Assembly: GCA_048881705.1 (NCBI GenBank)
Contig: JBHLSH010000007.1
Span: forward strand, 13,198-77,197
Reading direction: 5' to 3'
Length of the DNA: 64,000 nt
Origin: Candidatus Heimdallarchaeota archaeon
Lineage (GTDB): Archaea > Asgardarchaeota > Heimdallarchaeia > Hodarchaeales > Hodarchaeaceae
Position 1 is the first letter of the stretch; the number at the start of each line of letters is the position of its first letter. The notes beneath the pieces are model-generated. The model searched no databases. It was not told where the DNA came from and worked only from the letters and a program-made list of their open reading frames with translations. Below, piece by piece: positions 37,854-48,582 of the stretch. The position numbers were made by a program, and so were the translations under genes.

Positions 37854-38207
37854 ATGTCCAGCCTTATTAGCGAATACATTAACCGATTCAGGGACTTTTA
37901 CACCCGTTCGATAGCAAACCGAGTCGTAAGTGGGATTGTAATAGTTGGAGCGATCACGGGTATCGCGTCAATTACCAGCATTTTCTTCAGGTTCTTAATG
38001 CAGGGAGACGATACCTGGCAGTCTTTCTTGGATGATATTCCATGGATCGGCTTGATCGTGGCTTTGATTATTGCACTAGAGATTTGGGGGCTTTTACCTT
38101 CTCCTACTATGAGTCAAGAGGAGTCAATCGGGCAAGACTCTGATGACAGCACAATGAGTCCCACAAATAGCGTTAGTCGTTTACAAGAGAATCTAGAGAA
38201 TGAATAA
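37854..38207 (+). CDS. 2-TM hypothetical membrane protein with acidic tail
   Basis: Two hydrophobic helices followed by a Ser/Asp/Glu-rich tail. Confidence 0.7.
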   Translation: MSSLISEYINRFRDFYTRSIANRVVSGIVIVGAITGIASITSIFFRFLMQGDDTWQSFLDDIPWIGLIVALIIALEIWGLLPSPTMSQEESIGQDSDDSTMSPTNSVSRLQENLENE

Positions 38208-38258
38208 ACATAGGAATATACTATTAAATGTAATTTGCTCCTAAAACGGTGAGAAACG

Positions 38259-38798
38259 GTGTCCGAATACATTAAAAGAATAACAGAATACCGTAATCGT
38301 AAGGATGAATACTTCCAGTCTCATCCTGATAGTCCATTAATGCGGCCCGATAAAGAACGATTCAAAGGACTGGAATATTTCAAAATAGATGAAAACCTGT
38401 GTTTTAAGGATGTTAACCTGACCGAATTTCAAAATCCCAAAGATGTTTATCCAATGCAAAGGACTGGGGGCGATATAGTTTATTATAATATTTTTGGAAG
38501 TGTGAAATTCATCATTGACAATCAGGAGCAAGAATTAATCGTTTATACGAACCCAGAAGTAGGATCAAACTACTTCTTCGTGCCGTTCTGGGATGAAACA
38601 GCTCTTACCGATGAAACCTACGGTTCAGGAAGATATGTTGAACTAGAAAAAAGGCCAAATGGCACTTTTACATTGGATTTCAATCTCGCCTATAACCCAA
38701 CCTGTGTTTATGCGCCAGAATATTCGTGTCCCCTCACTCCACGAGAAAATCGACTAAAAGTAAGGATAGAGGCGGGCGAAAAAAACTTTCTTCATTAA
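38259..38798 (+). CDS. DUF1684 family protein
   Basis: R..KD..F...P.SPL...F.GL.YF, PF.D.T...ETYGSGRY, LDFN.AYNP.C.Y...YSCP..P.EN.L...I.AGEK. Confidence 0.95.
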   Translation: MSEYIKRITEYRNRKDEYFQSHPDSPLMRPDKERFKGLEYFKIDENLCFKDVNLTEFQNPKDVYPMQRTGGDIVYYNIFGSVKFIIDNQEQELIVYTNPEVGSNYFFVPFWDETALTDETYGSGRYVELEKRPNGTFTLDFNLAYNPTCVYAPEYSCPLTPRENRLKVRIEAGEKNFLH

Positions 38799-38835
38799 AT
38801 TAGAGAGAAAAACAGGGATTTAGGCTCTATTAATC

Positions 38836-39912
38836 TTATGATGTAACCAAGCTTTCAAGGTTAGTTATTTGATCTGTTTTCGATTCCCCAGTGCGCATAA
38901 ATTTTGAATATCTATACGAAAGGATGCCGGAAGCTAGAACGAGGACCAGTCCACCAACAATCTGACTAATGAAAAGGGTTTCATTCAGCAAAATAGGTAA
39001 CAGAACAAACGCAGAAAGAGGGTAAAATAGTTCACAGATTGTAGAAACCGTGGCGTGAGTATTCTTTAGGCCGTAATAATATAATACCAAGGAAAGAAGG
39101 CCGACAATCAAAGCAATAAAAAGAAATGCCCATGCTATTCCAAACAGGTTCTGGAGGATAAGATTGGTACTGGGAAAAGTTGTACCAGTTAATATTAGGA
39201 CAATATTTAGAGCTATGAGGAAAATAAATGCAATGAAAAAACGATACGTGGTCATGGCTTGATATTCCAAGCGTTTCTGGGTGTGCTCAAGCAAATAACG
39301 TCCAAAAACGGTACTACCACCCCAAAAAAACGCAGCCACAAGCGCCAAAATTCCCAGTGTATTTGCGGCTAGGAAATCAATATCGGCTATGACGAATAGC
39401 TGAGTCAAATCTTCGGTATAATTCGTTAAAGTTGGGAAGAATATCAGAAAAACACCGAAGATCGCAATGAAAGCAAGAATGAAATATTCCTTTGGTAATC
39501 TCTCGTTTAATACTAGACTAGCCAATCCAATGGCAATAAAAGGTTGCGTCTGTTGCAATAACACCACCATAGTTACAGACAAAGGATGTGCAGGATTGAA
39601 AGCCAAAGAAAAGGCCTCTGTTAATGCTATGGTGGCTAAAGCGGATCCTCCAATTCCAATGAACAATAGAGCAGCCCACTCTTTTTTATTAAACTCCCTT
39701 AATTGAGCCAAATATCGAAATAACCAGGGAATTAGAACTAATACTATGATTATATGTTCAATCCCTACTATTTGAATTGAGATGAATCCAATAGTGCCCA
39801 CTAAGAAGGTTCGAAAGAATGCATCTAGTGTCCACAAAAAGGCCGCCGTCATAATAAACAACGGGCCAATCCTCCGCAGTTGAAGGGCAGTTCTCGATCC
39901 GATTTCAAACAT
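38836..39912 (-). CDS. EamA/DMT family transporter
   Basis: About 10 TM in two EamA repeats (LQQTQPFIAI.LA..VLNERL; ELFYPL.A..L..LLNE). Likely ATG at 39912 (ORF track start 40053). Confidence 0.92.
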   Translation of the reverse strand: MFEIGSRTALQLRRIGPLFIMTAAFLWTLDAFFRTFLVGTIGFISIQIVGIEHIIIVLVLIPWLFRYLAQLREFNKKEWAALLFIGIGGSALATIALTEAFSLAFNPAHPLSVTMVVLLQQTQPFIAIGLASLVLNERLPKEYFILAFIAIFGVFLIFFPTLTNYTEDLTQLFVIADIDFLAANTLGILALVAAFFWGGSTVFGRYLLEHTQKRLEYQAMTTYRFFIAFIFLIALNIVLILTGTTFPSTNLILQNLFGIAWAFLFIALIVGLLSLVLYYYGLKNTHATVSTICELFYPLSAFVLLPILLNETLFISQIVGGLVLVLASGILSYRYSKFMRTGESKTDQITNLESLVTS

Positions 39913-40653
39913 TTTTTTTCCTTCTGTCCATTTAAATTGTCCATAAATTACCATTTTAATATCTAAAGCATTGACTAATAAAAGAGTATAATTCAATAAT
40001 ATTATCGTGCATCGGGTGTCGCTTATTCCTCGTTTAGCAAAAGATCGCTTCATTAATTTTTCTTTAGTCTAGGAATAGGGAAATAAGGATCACAAAGTCG
40101 GAGAAAATTGAGATTACTTAAGCATGGTGGAACTACTCACAAGAGAGTAATTTAAACAACCATGAAGGGATTTCCCAAATCTTGTATGATATGCAATTAC
40201 CGTGTTTTGACTAGGTTTTAATATAGATAATGTCTCCAACTAGTCAAGTTAGGTAATGAAAATGAAAAATCTCATTACGCCACCCATATTATGATCCATA
40301 ATTAATTGACATTACCTATGCAAGAGCTTAAACCTAAAGACAAACAAAAATTAAGTTTCGAGTTGGGAAATGTGATGGTAGGTGGTTTTTAATACAGAGT
40401 CCAGAAAAACCCAAGAATGAATCCTGTTGTTACGTTGCCAGGAGTTCCTGACACATCTGAAATCAATTTAGGACTCGTCTATACCTTATTACTGCCTATA
40501 ATGAATTACGTTGGAGAAGGGAGCTCCTCTATGGGTTGTCAAAAACATGAATACGTTTATTGAGCAAATAAGCTTAAAAACTGTCTTACTTGAAAATGAA
40601 CGTTATAGTAGACTCGCACAATTCAAAAAAAACAGGATGAAGAGGTGAAACAT

Positions 40654-40824
40654 TTGCGTAAAAAAGTACAATGCAGAGATCTAGGATTTGATTGTGATGG
40701 AGTAGTGGAAGGAAATACTGAGGAAGAAGTATTAATGAAAGTTGCTGCGCATGCAAAGGAAGTACACGGCATGAATGAGGTTTCAGAGGAAGTTCGAAAA
40801 AAGGTACTTTCCGTTATGCAGTGA
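40654..40824 (+). CDS. DUF1059 family small metal-binding protein (56 aa; not in ORF track)
   Basis: Manual translation MRKKVQCRDLGFDCDGVVEGNTEEEVLMKVAAHAKEVHGMNEVSEEVRKKVLSVMQ*, with C..LG.DC and H....H motif. GAGGTG SD lies 6 nt before the TTG. Confidence 0.9.
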   Translation: MRKKVQCRDLGFDCDGVVEGNTEEEVLMKVAAHAKEVHGMNEVSEEVRKKVLSVMQ

Positions 40825-40944
40825 TGCAGGTCCTTCCTCTTCAAACATCCCTTTTTTGAGTTTTTTGTTACGAAAATGGCCTTTTTTTAACTTTGGTTCC
40901 TCTTTTACTTGTATAGGGTTTATTAGGCACATAGAAAGAATCAA

Positions 40945-41871
40945 TCAAACGTATTGGGAAAGAAATCCCGCGTACTCAGCCATAACTGTCCGACCTTGGC
41001 CTTTGTTAATATTCGGACTAATATGCTCAAATCCCTCATATTCGATCAGTTCAACCCTTTCTAGTCGTGTTTTAAGATCTCGGGCATTTATTGGGGGAGT
41101 TACAATATCCTTTGTTCCGTTAAGTAACAAAAAGGGGGTGTCTTCTATTGATTCTAGGCATGACGTGTAAAAATCTACTTCTGATAAGACGTCCCCTGCC
41201 CAGTAACGCAATAGGAGCTCCAGAGTTTCAAGAGGTGTTCCCTCGAGTAATCTGTACGCCCTCCCCTCCAAAAGCCAGTTCATGATCTTCTGCCTAAAAT
41301 TCAATTGATGGTAGGTTTTTTGAAAGATAGCAGGTGTATACAAAATCCTTACAACTCTTCGAAAATTAGATCGATCAATCCTTTTATCCAATATATCTTC
41401 TAATGTTAAGAGATCCCTCAATCTGTCCTGAAATATTTTTTCAACAGTACCGTCCTTAGGTGCAAGTAAGTTGACGATTCCGTATCCTCCGACGGTCTGG
41501 ACTCGATCAGGGTAAAGAGATGTGAAAATCTGACTAACCAACGTTCCTTTGGATACTCCAAAAAGGTGCACCTTTTCAATTCCTAGAAAATCTAGCAACC
41601 CTATTAGCTCATCTGCAAGATCCTGTAGGTTGAACGGTTTCGTCCTTGGGGACGATTTTCCAATCCCTTGATAATCGTATAGGAGATGGGAATGCGAATC
41701 CTTGGAAAAGGAACGGAAAGCTGGTAAATAGGAATGGTACCATTGGCGATGATTGAAGATAGATCCATTTACAAAGACTACGGGCATGTCGTCATTTTCA
41801 AGCCTCTCGAACCTGTAGTATATCCTAACTTTATCCTCGAGTTTAGCGTAAGGCATTTTTAGATCACCCAA
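40945..41871 (-). CDS. Alpha/beta hydrolase
   Basis: VVFVNG, YD.QG.GKS, nucleophile elbow GVSKG, LLLNGTKD.VTP, C-terminal His (FEHISP). Confidence 0.9.
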   Translation of the reverse strand: MGDLKMPYAKLEDKVRIYYRFERLENDDMPVVFVNGSIFNHRQWYHSYLPAFRSFSKDSHSHLLYDYQGIGKSSPRTKPFNLQDLADELIGLLDFLGIEKVHLFGVSKGTLVSQIFTSLYPDRVQTVGGYGIVNLLAPKDGTVEKIFQDRLRDLLTLEDILDKRIDRSNFRRVVRILYTPAIFQKTYHQLNFRQKIMNWLLEGRAYRLLEGTPLETLELLLRYWAGDVLSEVDFYTSCLESIEDTPFLLLNGTKDIVTPPINARDLKTRLERVELIEYEGFEHISPNINKGQGRTVMAEYAGFLSQYV

Positions 41872-41910
41872 TTCTGGTGAAAGAAATTAGGGATAATGCT
41901 TCCTTCGTAA

Positions 41911-43959
41911 CTAGGTATACTTCTTAATCCAATCGAGAATCCTATTAATTCGATCGATAACGTGGCGGGGTTCACCACTTCTGGAAAGTTCATGGCCATC
42001 TCGGGGGTAGCGAATAAACTCTATATTCTTTTTATATCGTCTCCCAAGCCAAAACAACTGTTCTGCGTTCACAACTGGTACACGAAAATCATTATCAGAA
42101 TGAATAATTAACAGGGGAGTATTTAAATTCTTTATATGAGCTGCAGGTGAATCGTTCCAAATCTCGGCGAATCGTTCTATAACTTCACCCTCGTATTGTT
42201 TTTCAAACCAAATTGGAATATCTGTGGTGGTACCAAATGCTACAAATTCGTAGACTCCCCTCTGGCTGACCGCAGCTTTGAACCGATCGGTATGAGTTAC
42301 TAGCCAAGCAGTCATATAGCCTCCGTAACTCCCACCAGTTACAGCAACCCGATTTGAATCCAGAAACGGATAACGCTCTAGGGCTGTATCTAAACCTTTG
42401 AGAATGTCATTTCCAGGTGTTTCGCCCCAATCTTTGTATACAGCCGCCCTGAAGTCAATCCCATATCCATTTGAACCTCGAGGATTGCAAAACACTACCG
42501 CATAACCATTCGATACTAGAGTATTCCACTCGTGCCATAAGGTTATTTCGTGCGGCGTCCACATTGCATTAGGCCCCCCATGAATCTCCAACACAACCGG
42601 CAATTTATCATTACGGTTATAATCCCTTGGATATAAGAGCCATCCCTGGAAGGTAGTTCCCTCTCGTTCATACTGAAACTCTTCATATTGAGCAGTAGTC
42701 CGATTATTTAGGAACTCCTCGTTTGACCTAGTTATTCGTTCTTCATCGGATCCATCACTCTTACACCAAAAAATGTCATTTAGGAAGCTTGCGTGAGAAA
42801 CTGAGTAAGCGATTCGAGCCTTGTTTTTTGAAACAGCAAAAGATAGGATATTTCGGTCCCCACCAACGATACTGGTTGTATTTCTATCTTCGATTTTAAT
42901 TTCATGAATATTGATCTTTCCGTTACTCGGAGAGAGAAATAGAAGCGAATCATTTCTGAACCATCGTGACTGAATGACAGAACGATGGTAATCCGAAGTG
43001 AGACATGTAATCTTGGGAGTACTGGGGTTTTTCAAGTCCACCAGGAAGATTTGATCATCATCATATACGATTTTTTCCTCTCTAATCGCTTCAAACGAGA
43101 CATAATCTCCTCCTGGTGAAAGCTGGAAGTTCTCTATCCATCCAAAAGCTTCTCCAATTAGCTCTGCATCCGAAGGGTTTTCGCAACTAATCTTAAGGAT
43201 TTCTTGAATTAAGGAGATCGATGGGTCCTCCTTGGTCCTTGAAATATATACGCTGTTATCTCCTGGACCAAAAGTTCCTAAACTATAATGGTGCCCAAAT
43301 TTACCAATATGTTTTACGTTGCTTGAGCTCTTGGATTTACTTAGAATATCGAAGCTCGGAAGTTTTACCAAAAACGGTTGGAGAAATCTTCCCTCAAGAT
43401 AAGATGTACCTTCTCTATTGTACCCCTCGGTTATCACTCGAGGGTCCGTTTTTAGCGCTTTAAGCTCTTCCTCCTTTGCTTTGTATGCCTGATATTCGGC
43501 TGGCTTTAATACAAATGAAGGCGCCTTATCTGCTGGATCAAGAATAGTGTTGAGTTCTTCCTCATTCACCCGCGCCGAAACGAGAAAAGTTAGGCTATCA
43601 TTACTCCAGGTAAAACCGACAACGCCCTTCGGGAAGTTTGTGACGCTTTTAGCCTCTCCACCTTCAACAGGCATACAATAGAGCTGCATTCCGTTCTCAG
43701 CCCTGGATGAAAGGAAAGCCAGGTATTTGCCATCAGGTGAGAATTGCGGGCTACTATCAACTGAAGTTCCCGCAGTAAACCGAATTACTGGTTCTTGACC
43801 TTCTGTTTTAAGAAAAATGCCTGATTTGTACCGATTCTTGGTTTCATCGATGCTTTTCACAGCAAATGCCAATTTCTTTCCATCTGGTGACAAAGCTGGA
43901 AAGTTTGGAAACTTCAGTTTGACAAAATCCTCGCTCTTAACTGCCAAGCTTAATACCAT
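41911..43959 (-). CDS. S9 family prolyl oligopeptidase / acylaminoacyl peptidase
   Basis: PD40-like propeller repeats, EIHGGP, NPRGS.GYG, GGSYGG, HSDNDFRV, GHELSRSG. Confidence 0.95.
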   Translation of the reverse strand: MVLSLAVKSEDFVKLKFPNFPALSPDGKKLAFAVKSIDETKNRYKSGIFLKTEGQEPVIRFTAGTSVDSSPQFSPDGKYLAFLSSRAENGMQLYCMPVEGGEAKSVTNFPKGVVGFTWSNDSLTFLVSARVNEEELNTILDPADKAPSFVLKPAEYQAYKAKEEELKALKTDPRVITEGYNREGTSYLEGRFLQPFLVKLPSFDILSKSKSSSNVKHIGKFGHHYSLGTFGPGDNSVYISRTKEDPSISLIQEILKISCENPSDAELIGEAFGWIENFQLSPGGDYVSFEAIREEKIVYDDDQIFLVDLKNPSTPKITCLTSDYHRSVIQSRWFRNDSLLFLSPSNGKINIHEIKIEDRNTTSIVGGDRNILSFAVSKNKARIAYSVSHASFLNDIFWCKSDGSDEERITRSNEEFLNNRTTAQYEEFQYEREGTTFQGWLLYPRDYNRNDKLPVVLEIHGGPNAMWTPHEITLWHEWNTLVSNGYAVVFCNPRGSNGYGIDFRAAVYKDWGETPGNDILKGLDTALERYPFLDSNRVAVTGGSYGGYMTAWLVTHTDRFKAAVSQRGVYEFVAFGTTTDIPIWFEKQYEGEVIERFAEIWNDSPAAHIKNLNTPLLIIHSDNDFRVPVVNAEQLFWLGRRYKKNIEFIRYPRDGHELSRSGEPRHVIDRINRILDWIKKYT

Positions 43960-44131
43960 CTTAATTATTGTGTGAATGAGCTTTCAATGATGGATAACGG
44001 TGCTTTAAAGCTGAAATTAAAAACGAATCTTTGATAATCAGGTAAAGAAGTTACAACAGTGTGAAATCCCCAAAAGAATGAGATTTGTTTCATTTCAATT
44101 TAATTTCGCCTGATACACGGAGATAAGGTGA

Positions 44132-44572
44132 TTGCAAATGGATAAAAACCAACATTATCGAAAACTAGAAAATATGTATCATGGTCATCCGTTAAACACC
44201 GTATTCAAGGCAAGGCTAACCATCCAAGAGCGTAAGACAGAACTTTTGATCACAGTTAACCCCGAATTGTTTCACGCGGCTAATGCCGTACACGGTGCCG
44301 TTTACTTCAAAGCTTTGGATGACGCTGCTTTCTTTGCAGCAAATTCCATTGTTTTTGATGTATTTGTTCTTACAACTGCTTTTACAACCTACCTTACTCG
44401 CCCCGTTTCGTCAGGAGAGTTACGGTCGATCGGTCAACTGGTTAGTCAAAACAGATCTCAGTATATCGCTGAAGCTGTATTATACAATAATGGAGTGGAA
44501 GTTGGAAGAGGGACTGGTATGTATGTTAGATCGAAAATGCTACTTAGCGAAGTGGAAGGATATTCTTTCTAG
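44132..44572 (+). CDS. PaaI family thioesterase (hotdog fold)
   Basis: LFHAANAVHGAVYFKALDDAAFFA, TT.F..YLTRPV.SG.L...G. Confidence 0.92.
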   Translation: MQMDKNQHYRKLENMYHGHPLNTVFKARLTIQERKTELLITVNPELFHAANAVHGAVYFKALDDAAFFAANSIVFDVFVLTTAFTTYLTRPVSSGELRSIGQLVSQNRSQYIAEAVLYNNGVEVGRGTGMYVRSKMLLSEVEGYSF

Positions 44573-44639
44573 AGAATTCTGGCTGGAATATTTGAAAGAA
44601 ACAGGGTATTATTGATACTATCGGATAATTTAGAAAGAA

Positions 44640-46733
44640 TTACTTGCCAAGTTCGTTTGAAAGATAATGATCTACTTCATCTAGACTTTTTAATGGCAGA
44701 GAGCACGTTAAGTCTCTGCATATGAATATAGTTCCGTCGAATAGATCGGATTCCTCCTTAGCTTCTATTCGTGCACCTACAAGTGGTAACTGACGTAGTT
44801 TTGGTAACGTTTTTACGGTAATATTTAAGAAAACCGCGGGAGGAAGATAAATAGATCTTAAATACTGTTCTGGGGAGGTAGAGGGATCTTTTTCTCCGTT
44901 ATGAAAAGATGTGATCTCTAAAAGTTTGTGTCGATAGCTATCTAGTGCTACCAAAGCATCTCCGTTAAGGTAGCCATGATCCTCAGCCCATCCAACGAGG
45001 AACTCAACCTGAGCTTCAGCTTGTTCTAAATAGCTGGAGATTCCTGAAAAGTGGTAAAATTTTAGTAAATTCTCCAGGGCAATGGCATTTGCACTCGGGA
45101 CGGCAAATGAAACCACAGGTTTTTCTCTCGGGCCCACTGCATCTGCATCATGAGCACTGAAGAAATATCCAAATGATTCCTTATCCCAAAAATTCGCATT
45201 TAGGATGTCCTGTAATTCATTCGCAATTTTAAAGAAAGAATAGTCTCCTGACACTGAAAAAATCTCAAGAAGCGCCCGAATCAACAGAACATAATCTTCC
45301 GCAAATGCTTCTGTTTTCGTTTGTCCTTCCCTGTATGTTCTGTACAAAAGCCCCGTTTCCTGGTTACGAAGGTTTGATAAAATGAAGTTTGATGCCTCTT
45401 TGGCCTTTTTAAGGTAATCTGGATTGGAGAGAACATATGAAGCTTTTGCAAGAGCATGTATCACAAGTGCATTCCATGCAAGGATTATATTATCATTAAG
45501 AAAGGGTCTTTCGCGCCTATTTCGGTAGGAAAGAAGCTTTTCTTTCATCTCCTGGATCTCTAGCTTGGTATCGTGTTCTTTTTCTGCCTTATGAAGCTCC
45601 GAAGTCGCCTGCAAAACTGATAGACCATGCTCAAAATTACCTCCTTTCTTCACCCCGAAATACTCACAGAACTTATTTCCTGATTCTTTCCCAAGAATAG
45701 ATCGAATTTCTTTCCCCGTCCATACATAAAATCGACCTTCCTCTCCTTCGGAATCTGCATCTTCTGACGAGTAATATGCTCCCCCAGGATGGCGCATATC
45801 GCGAAATAAATAATTGATGACCTCGGTGACGATCTCCGCATATTTCCCTTTTCCTGTAGCTTGAAATCCTTCTAAGTATAAGTTTATGAGTTGGCCATTA
45901 TCATACAACATCTTCTCGAAATGTGGGATCAACCATTTCCGGTCGACGCTATACCTATGAAAACCGGCACCAAGATGATCATAGATGCCCCCATCTGCCA
46001 TCCTATCAAGGCTAAGCGTAACTGCAGAAAGAATCTCCTGGTTATTTCGTCTCCACTGGGAAGCGGATAGAAGTAAGAATCGAAGATCAGCCACTTGGGG
46101 AAATTTGGGTTGATTCCCAAAGCCTCCAAAGATATTATCAAAATTCTCCATCAATCGGCTTACGAATCGATCCAAGATTCCATCGATCTTCCCCTGAGTT
46201 GAATGCTGTGGCGTTACTTCAAATTGTTGTCTCATGGCTTTATGAACTTTCGCTACCAGATCAGTGACTTTATCTCGATTTTCATCATATTCTTTACCAA
46301 CATATTGAAGGACTTTACGAAAGCTAGGTCTTCCATACAATGATCTCTTTGGAAAGTAAGTACCACCCGTAAATGGTTCTCCGTTGGGAGTAGCGAAGAC
46401 AGAGAGCGGCCAACCACCACCAGTTCCTAAAAGGGCTAAGGCCTTCTGATAATACGAATCCAGGTCGGGACGCTCTTCACGATCAATTTTGATATTTATA
46501 AAGTATTCATTCATAATTTTTGCTGTATCAGGGTCACTAAAAGACTCATGGCGCATTACATGACACCAATGACACGCTGCATACCCTATAGAGATAAAAA
46601 TCGGCTTCTTTAGCTCTTTAGCTTTAAGAATCCCCTGGTCCCAGGCGTACCATTCTACAGGGTTGGTCTTATGTTGCAGGAGATAAGGACTGGTTTCATT
46701 CGCGAGGCTGTTTTCGTAATTTTCCTCAGACAT
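44640..46733 (-). CDS. YyaL/SSP411 (DUF255) thioredoxin-domain + six-hairpin glycosidase-like protein
   Basis: N.LA.ETSPYLLQH..NPV.W, GYAACHWCHVM.HESF, DREERPDLD, PHFEKMLYDN, DADSEGEEG. Confidence 0.96.
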   Translation of the reverse strand: MSEENYENSLANETSPYLLQHKTNPVEWYAWDQGILKAKELKKPIFISIGYAACHWCHVMRHESFSDPDTAKIMNEYFINIKIDREERPDLDSYYQKALALLGTGGGWPLSVFATPNGEPFTGGTYFPKRSLYGRPSFRKVLQYVGKEYDENRDKVTDLVAKVHKAMRQQFEVTPQHSTQGKIDGILDRFVSRLMENFDNIFGGFGNQPKFPQVADLRFLLLSASQWRRNNQEILSAVTLSLDRMADGGIYDHLGAGFHRYSVDRKWLIPHFEKMLYDNGQLINLYLEGFQATGKGKYAEIVTEVINYLFRDMRHPGGAYYSSEDADSEGEEGRFYVWTGKEIRSILGKESGNKFCEYFGVKKGGNFEHGLSVLQATSELHKAEKEHDTKLEIQEMKEKLLSYRNRRERPFLNDNIILAWNALVIHALAKASYVLSNPDYLKKAKEASNFILSNLRNQETGLLYRTYREGQTKTEAFAEDYVLLIRALLEIFSVSGDYSFFKIANELQDILNANFWDKESFGYFFSAHDADAVGPREKPVVSFAVPSANAIALENLLKFYHFSGISSYLEQAEAQVEFLVGWAEDHGYLNGDALVALDSYRHKLLEITSFHNGEKDPSTSPEQYLRSIYLPPAVFLNITVKTLPKLRQLPLVGARIEAKEESDLFDGTIFICRDLTCSLPLKSLDEVDHYLSNELGK

Positions 46734-46910
46734 GTAAGGTATCCTCTGGGCAAGCTCTATCCTAATTAAAGTGATAAAAAAGACTCTTCAGATGTCGAAA
46801 AATACGAACTTAGAAGCCCAAAAGAAAAAATCGAGTAATCTTTGTATCGAACCGATTCTTTAAAGCTGAATTTTGACCCGCAAATCCTCAATAGCTCGGA
46901 AGAAGAACCA

Positions 46911-47681
46911 ATGACTGAAGAGAATCCTGTGGAAGTCGTCGCGATTGGCCCCCATCCCGATGATACAGAATTAGGGGTCGGGGGAACATTAGCTAAATTG
47001 GCTGATAGCGGAATTAGAACAGGGATAATAGACTTGACAAATGCAGAACCTACCCCTTTAAATGAAAAATACCGAAGCCCTGACGATTTTGATCCAGATT
47101 ACGCGGAAAAGCGTTTGGCCGAAGCACAAGAGGCGGCTAGAATTCTTGGGGTGGAACGAATAAGTTTAGATCTTCCAAATCGGAGGCTATTTGACAATTT
47201 TGAAGCTCGCTGTCAATTGGCAACTATTTTTAGACGGTGGCGCCCTAAAGTTGTCATTGTGATGTTTGGAAAAACTTTAATGGCCTCCCCCGATCATTAT
47301 CAGGCCCAGCTCATTACTGAAGCTGCGGTATTTTATTCTCGGCTCACAAAATGGGATAAATATTTTGATAGCCTTCCTGTCCACCGAATAAATACCTTAT
47401 TATACTTTCCTGTACGTTTCATTGATCTAAATCCGAATGGATATACCTCATTTCTAACTGATATCACCGAATACGTGGATAAGAAAAAAGCGGCAATTCT
47501 GGCTTATAAATCCCAATTTGAGGATCAGGGGCATACTCATTTTCCCGAACTCTTGCTACGGTGGAACCAAACTCTAGGTTCCAGAATCGGCGTGAAATAT
47601 GCTGAACACCTAGTTTCTCCCACTCCATTCCGCCTTGATAAGTTTGATTTCTTCCTAGGACGTGACACAAGGGCCCGATAA
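46911..47681 (+). CDS. PIG-L/LmbE (BshB1-like) family deacetylase
   Basis: GPHPDDTELG.GGT, PDHY, YKSQF. ATG at 46911 (ORF track TTG 46842). Confidence 0.92.
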   Translation: MTEENPVEVVAIGPHPDDTELGVGGTLAKLADSGIRTGIIDLTNAEPTPLNEKYRSPDDFDPDYAEKRLAEAQEAARILGVERISLDLPNRRLFDNFEARCQLATIFRRWRPKVVIVMFGKTLMASPDHYQAQLITEAAVFYSRLTKWDKYFDSLPVHRINTLLYFPVRFIDLNPNGYTSFLTDITEYVDKKKAAILAYKSQFEDQGHTHFPELLLRWNQTLGSRIGVKYAEHLVSPTPFRLDKFDFFLGRDTRAR

Positions 47682-47947
47682 AAGAATAGACATCTTAAAT
47701 GAAGGATGAGAATTTTCGCAAGAAAAATGACTCAAAAAAGTATAAGAATAGTCGGGGCAAAATAAATTTAAATATGACCCCTAAAACCGTCGGACAGAAC
47801 CAAAATCTACTTTTAAGAAGTAAAAATGACCAATGGAACAGCTTGAGGGATCATTTTTTCAAAGAGTCCTGATACTTGAAATCGTTTGCTTATTTTGCTT
47901 TCTTGTTATGATTAAGGTTCCATTCGTTCAGAAATTGATGTGAAAAA

Positions 47948-48454
47948 ATGTCCAACTACAATTCAGAAGAAACACATGATGTAAAAATCGCCGATGTCAA
48001 ACCACTTGAAAAACGTCTAAATGTTGTCTTTCAGGTGACTAGTAAAAATCAAGAGCGAGAGATCAATAAGCGAACAGGTGAAACGCACAGAGTATGTGAT
48101 TTCACGGTTGCGGATGAAACAGGAATGATTACTCTAACTCTTTGGAATGAAGATATTGATGCTTTAGACGAAGAAAACGTCTATAAACTATCAAATGGGT
48201 TTGCTAATGTCTTTCAAAACTCCCTACGTTTATCCAAAGGGAAATATGGTAGTATAAGTGAAGATTCAACAGTTTTTGAGAACGTCGACACCGAAAACGA
48301 TCGATCAGCCGCCCATGTTGAGGATCCACGAAGGCAATCCTATGGAAGTAGAAGAGCAGATTACGGGTCGCAGCAATCATACGGATCATATGGAAGAAAC
48401 CGTTCATCGGGAAACTATGATAATCAGCGTTCCAATCGACGGTCTCGCTGGTAA
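47948..48454 (+). CDS. ssb: Single-OB-fold single-stranded DNA-binding protein (crenarchaeal SSB/hSSB1-like) with disordered tail
   Basis: I.DVKP....LNVVF.V, V.DETG.I.LTLW, Y...NG....F...L.L..GK.G.I; then a Ser/Gly/Tyr/Arg-rich tail. Confidence 0.9.
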   Translation: MSNYNSEETHDVKIADVKPLEKRLNVVFQVTSKNQEREINKRTGETHRVCDFTVADETGMITLTLWNEDIDALDEENVYKLSNGFANVFQNSLRLSKGKYGSISEDSTVFENVDTENDRSAAHVEDPRRQSYGSRRADYGSQQSYGSYGRNRSSGNYDNQRSNRRSRW

Positions 48455-48582
48455 AAGAGATAAACAGGATTAAATCTATTTTGAGAATTAATTTCGGTAC
48501 GAATTAAAAACCGAAATTCCCCCCTCTTTATTACTTTTTAATTTTGGATCACAAATCAAATCCAAATACTTTTTTTTATCCT

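Noticed and set aside
40060-40620. 560-bp gap with short ORFs, including a TPG…FILGFFW fragment resembling a surface-protein tail
   Set aside because: The fragments are short and interrupted, with no identifiable parent gene.
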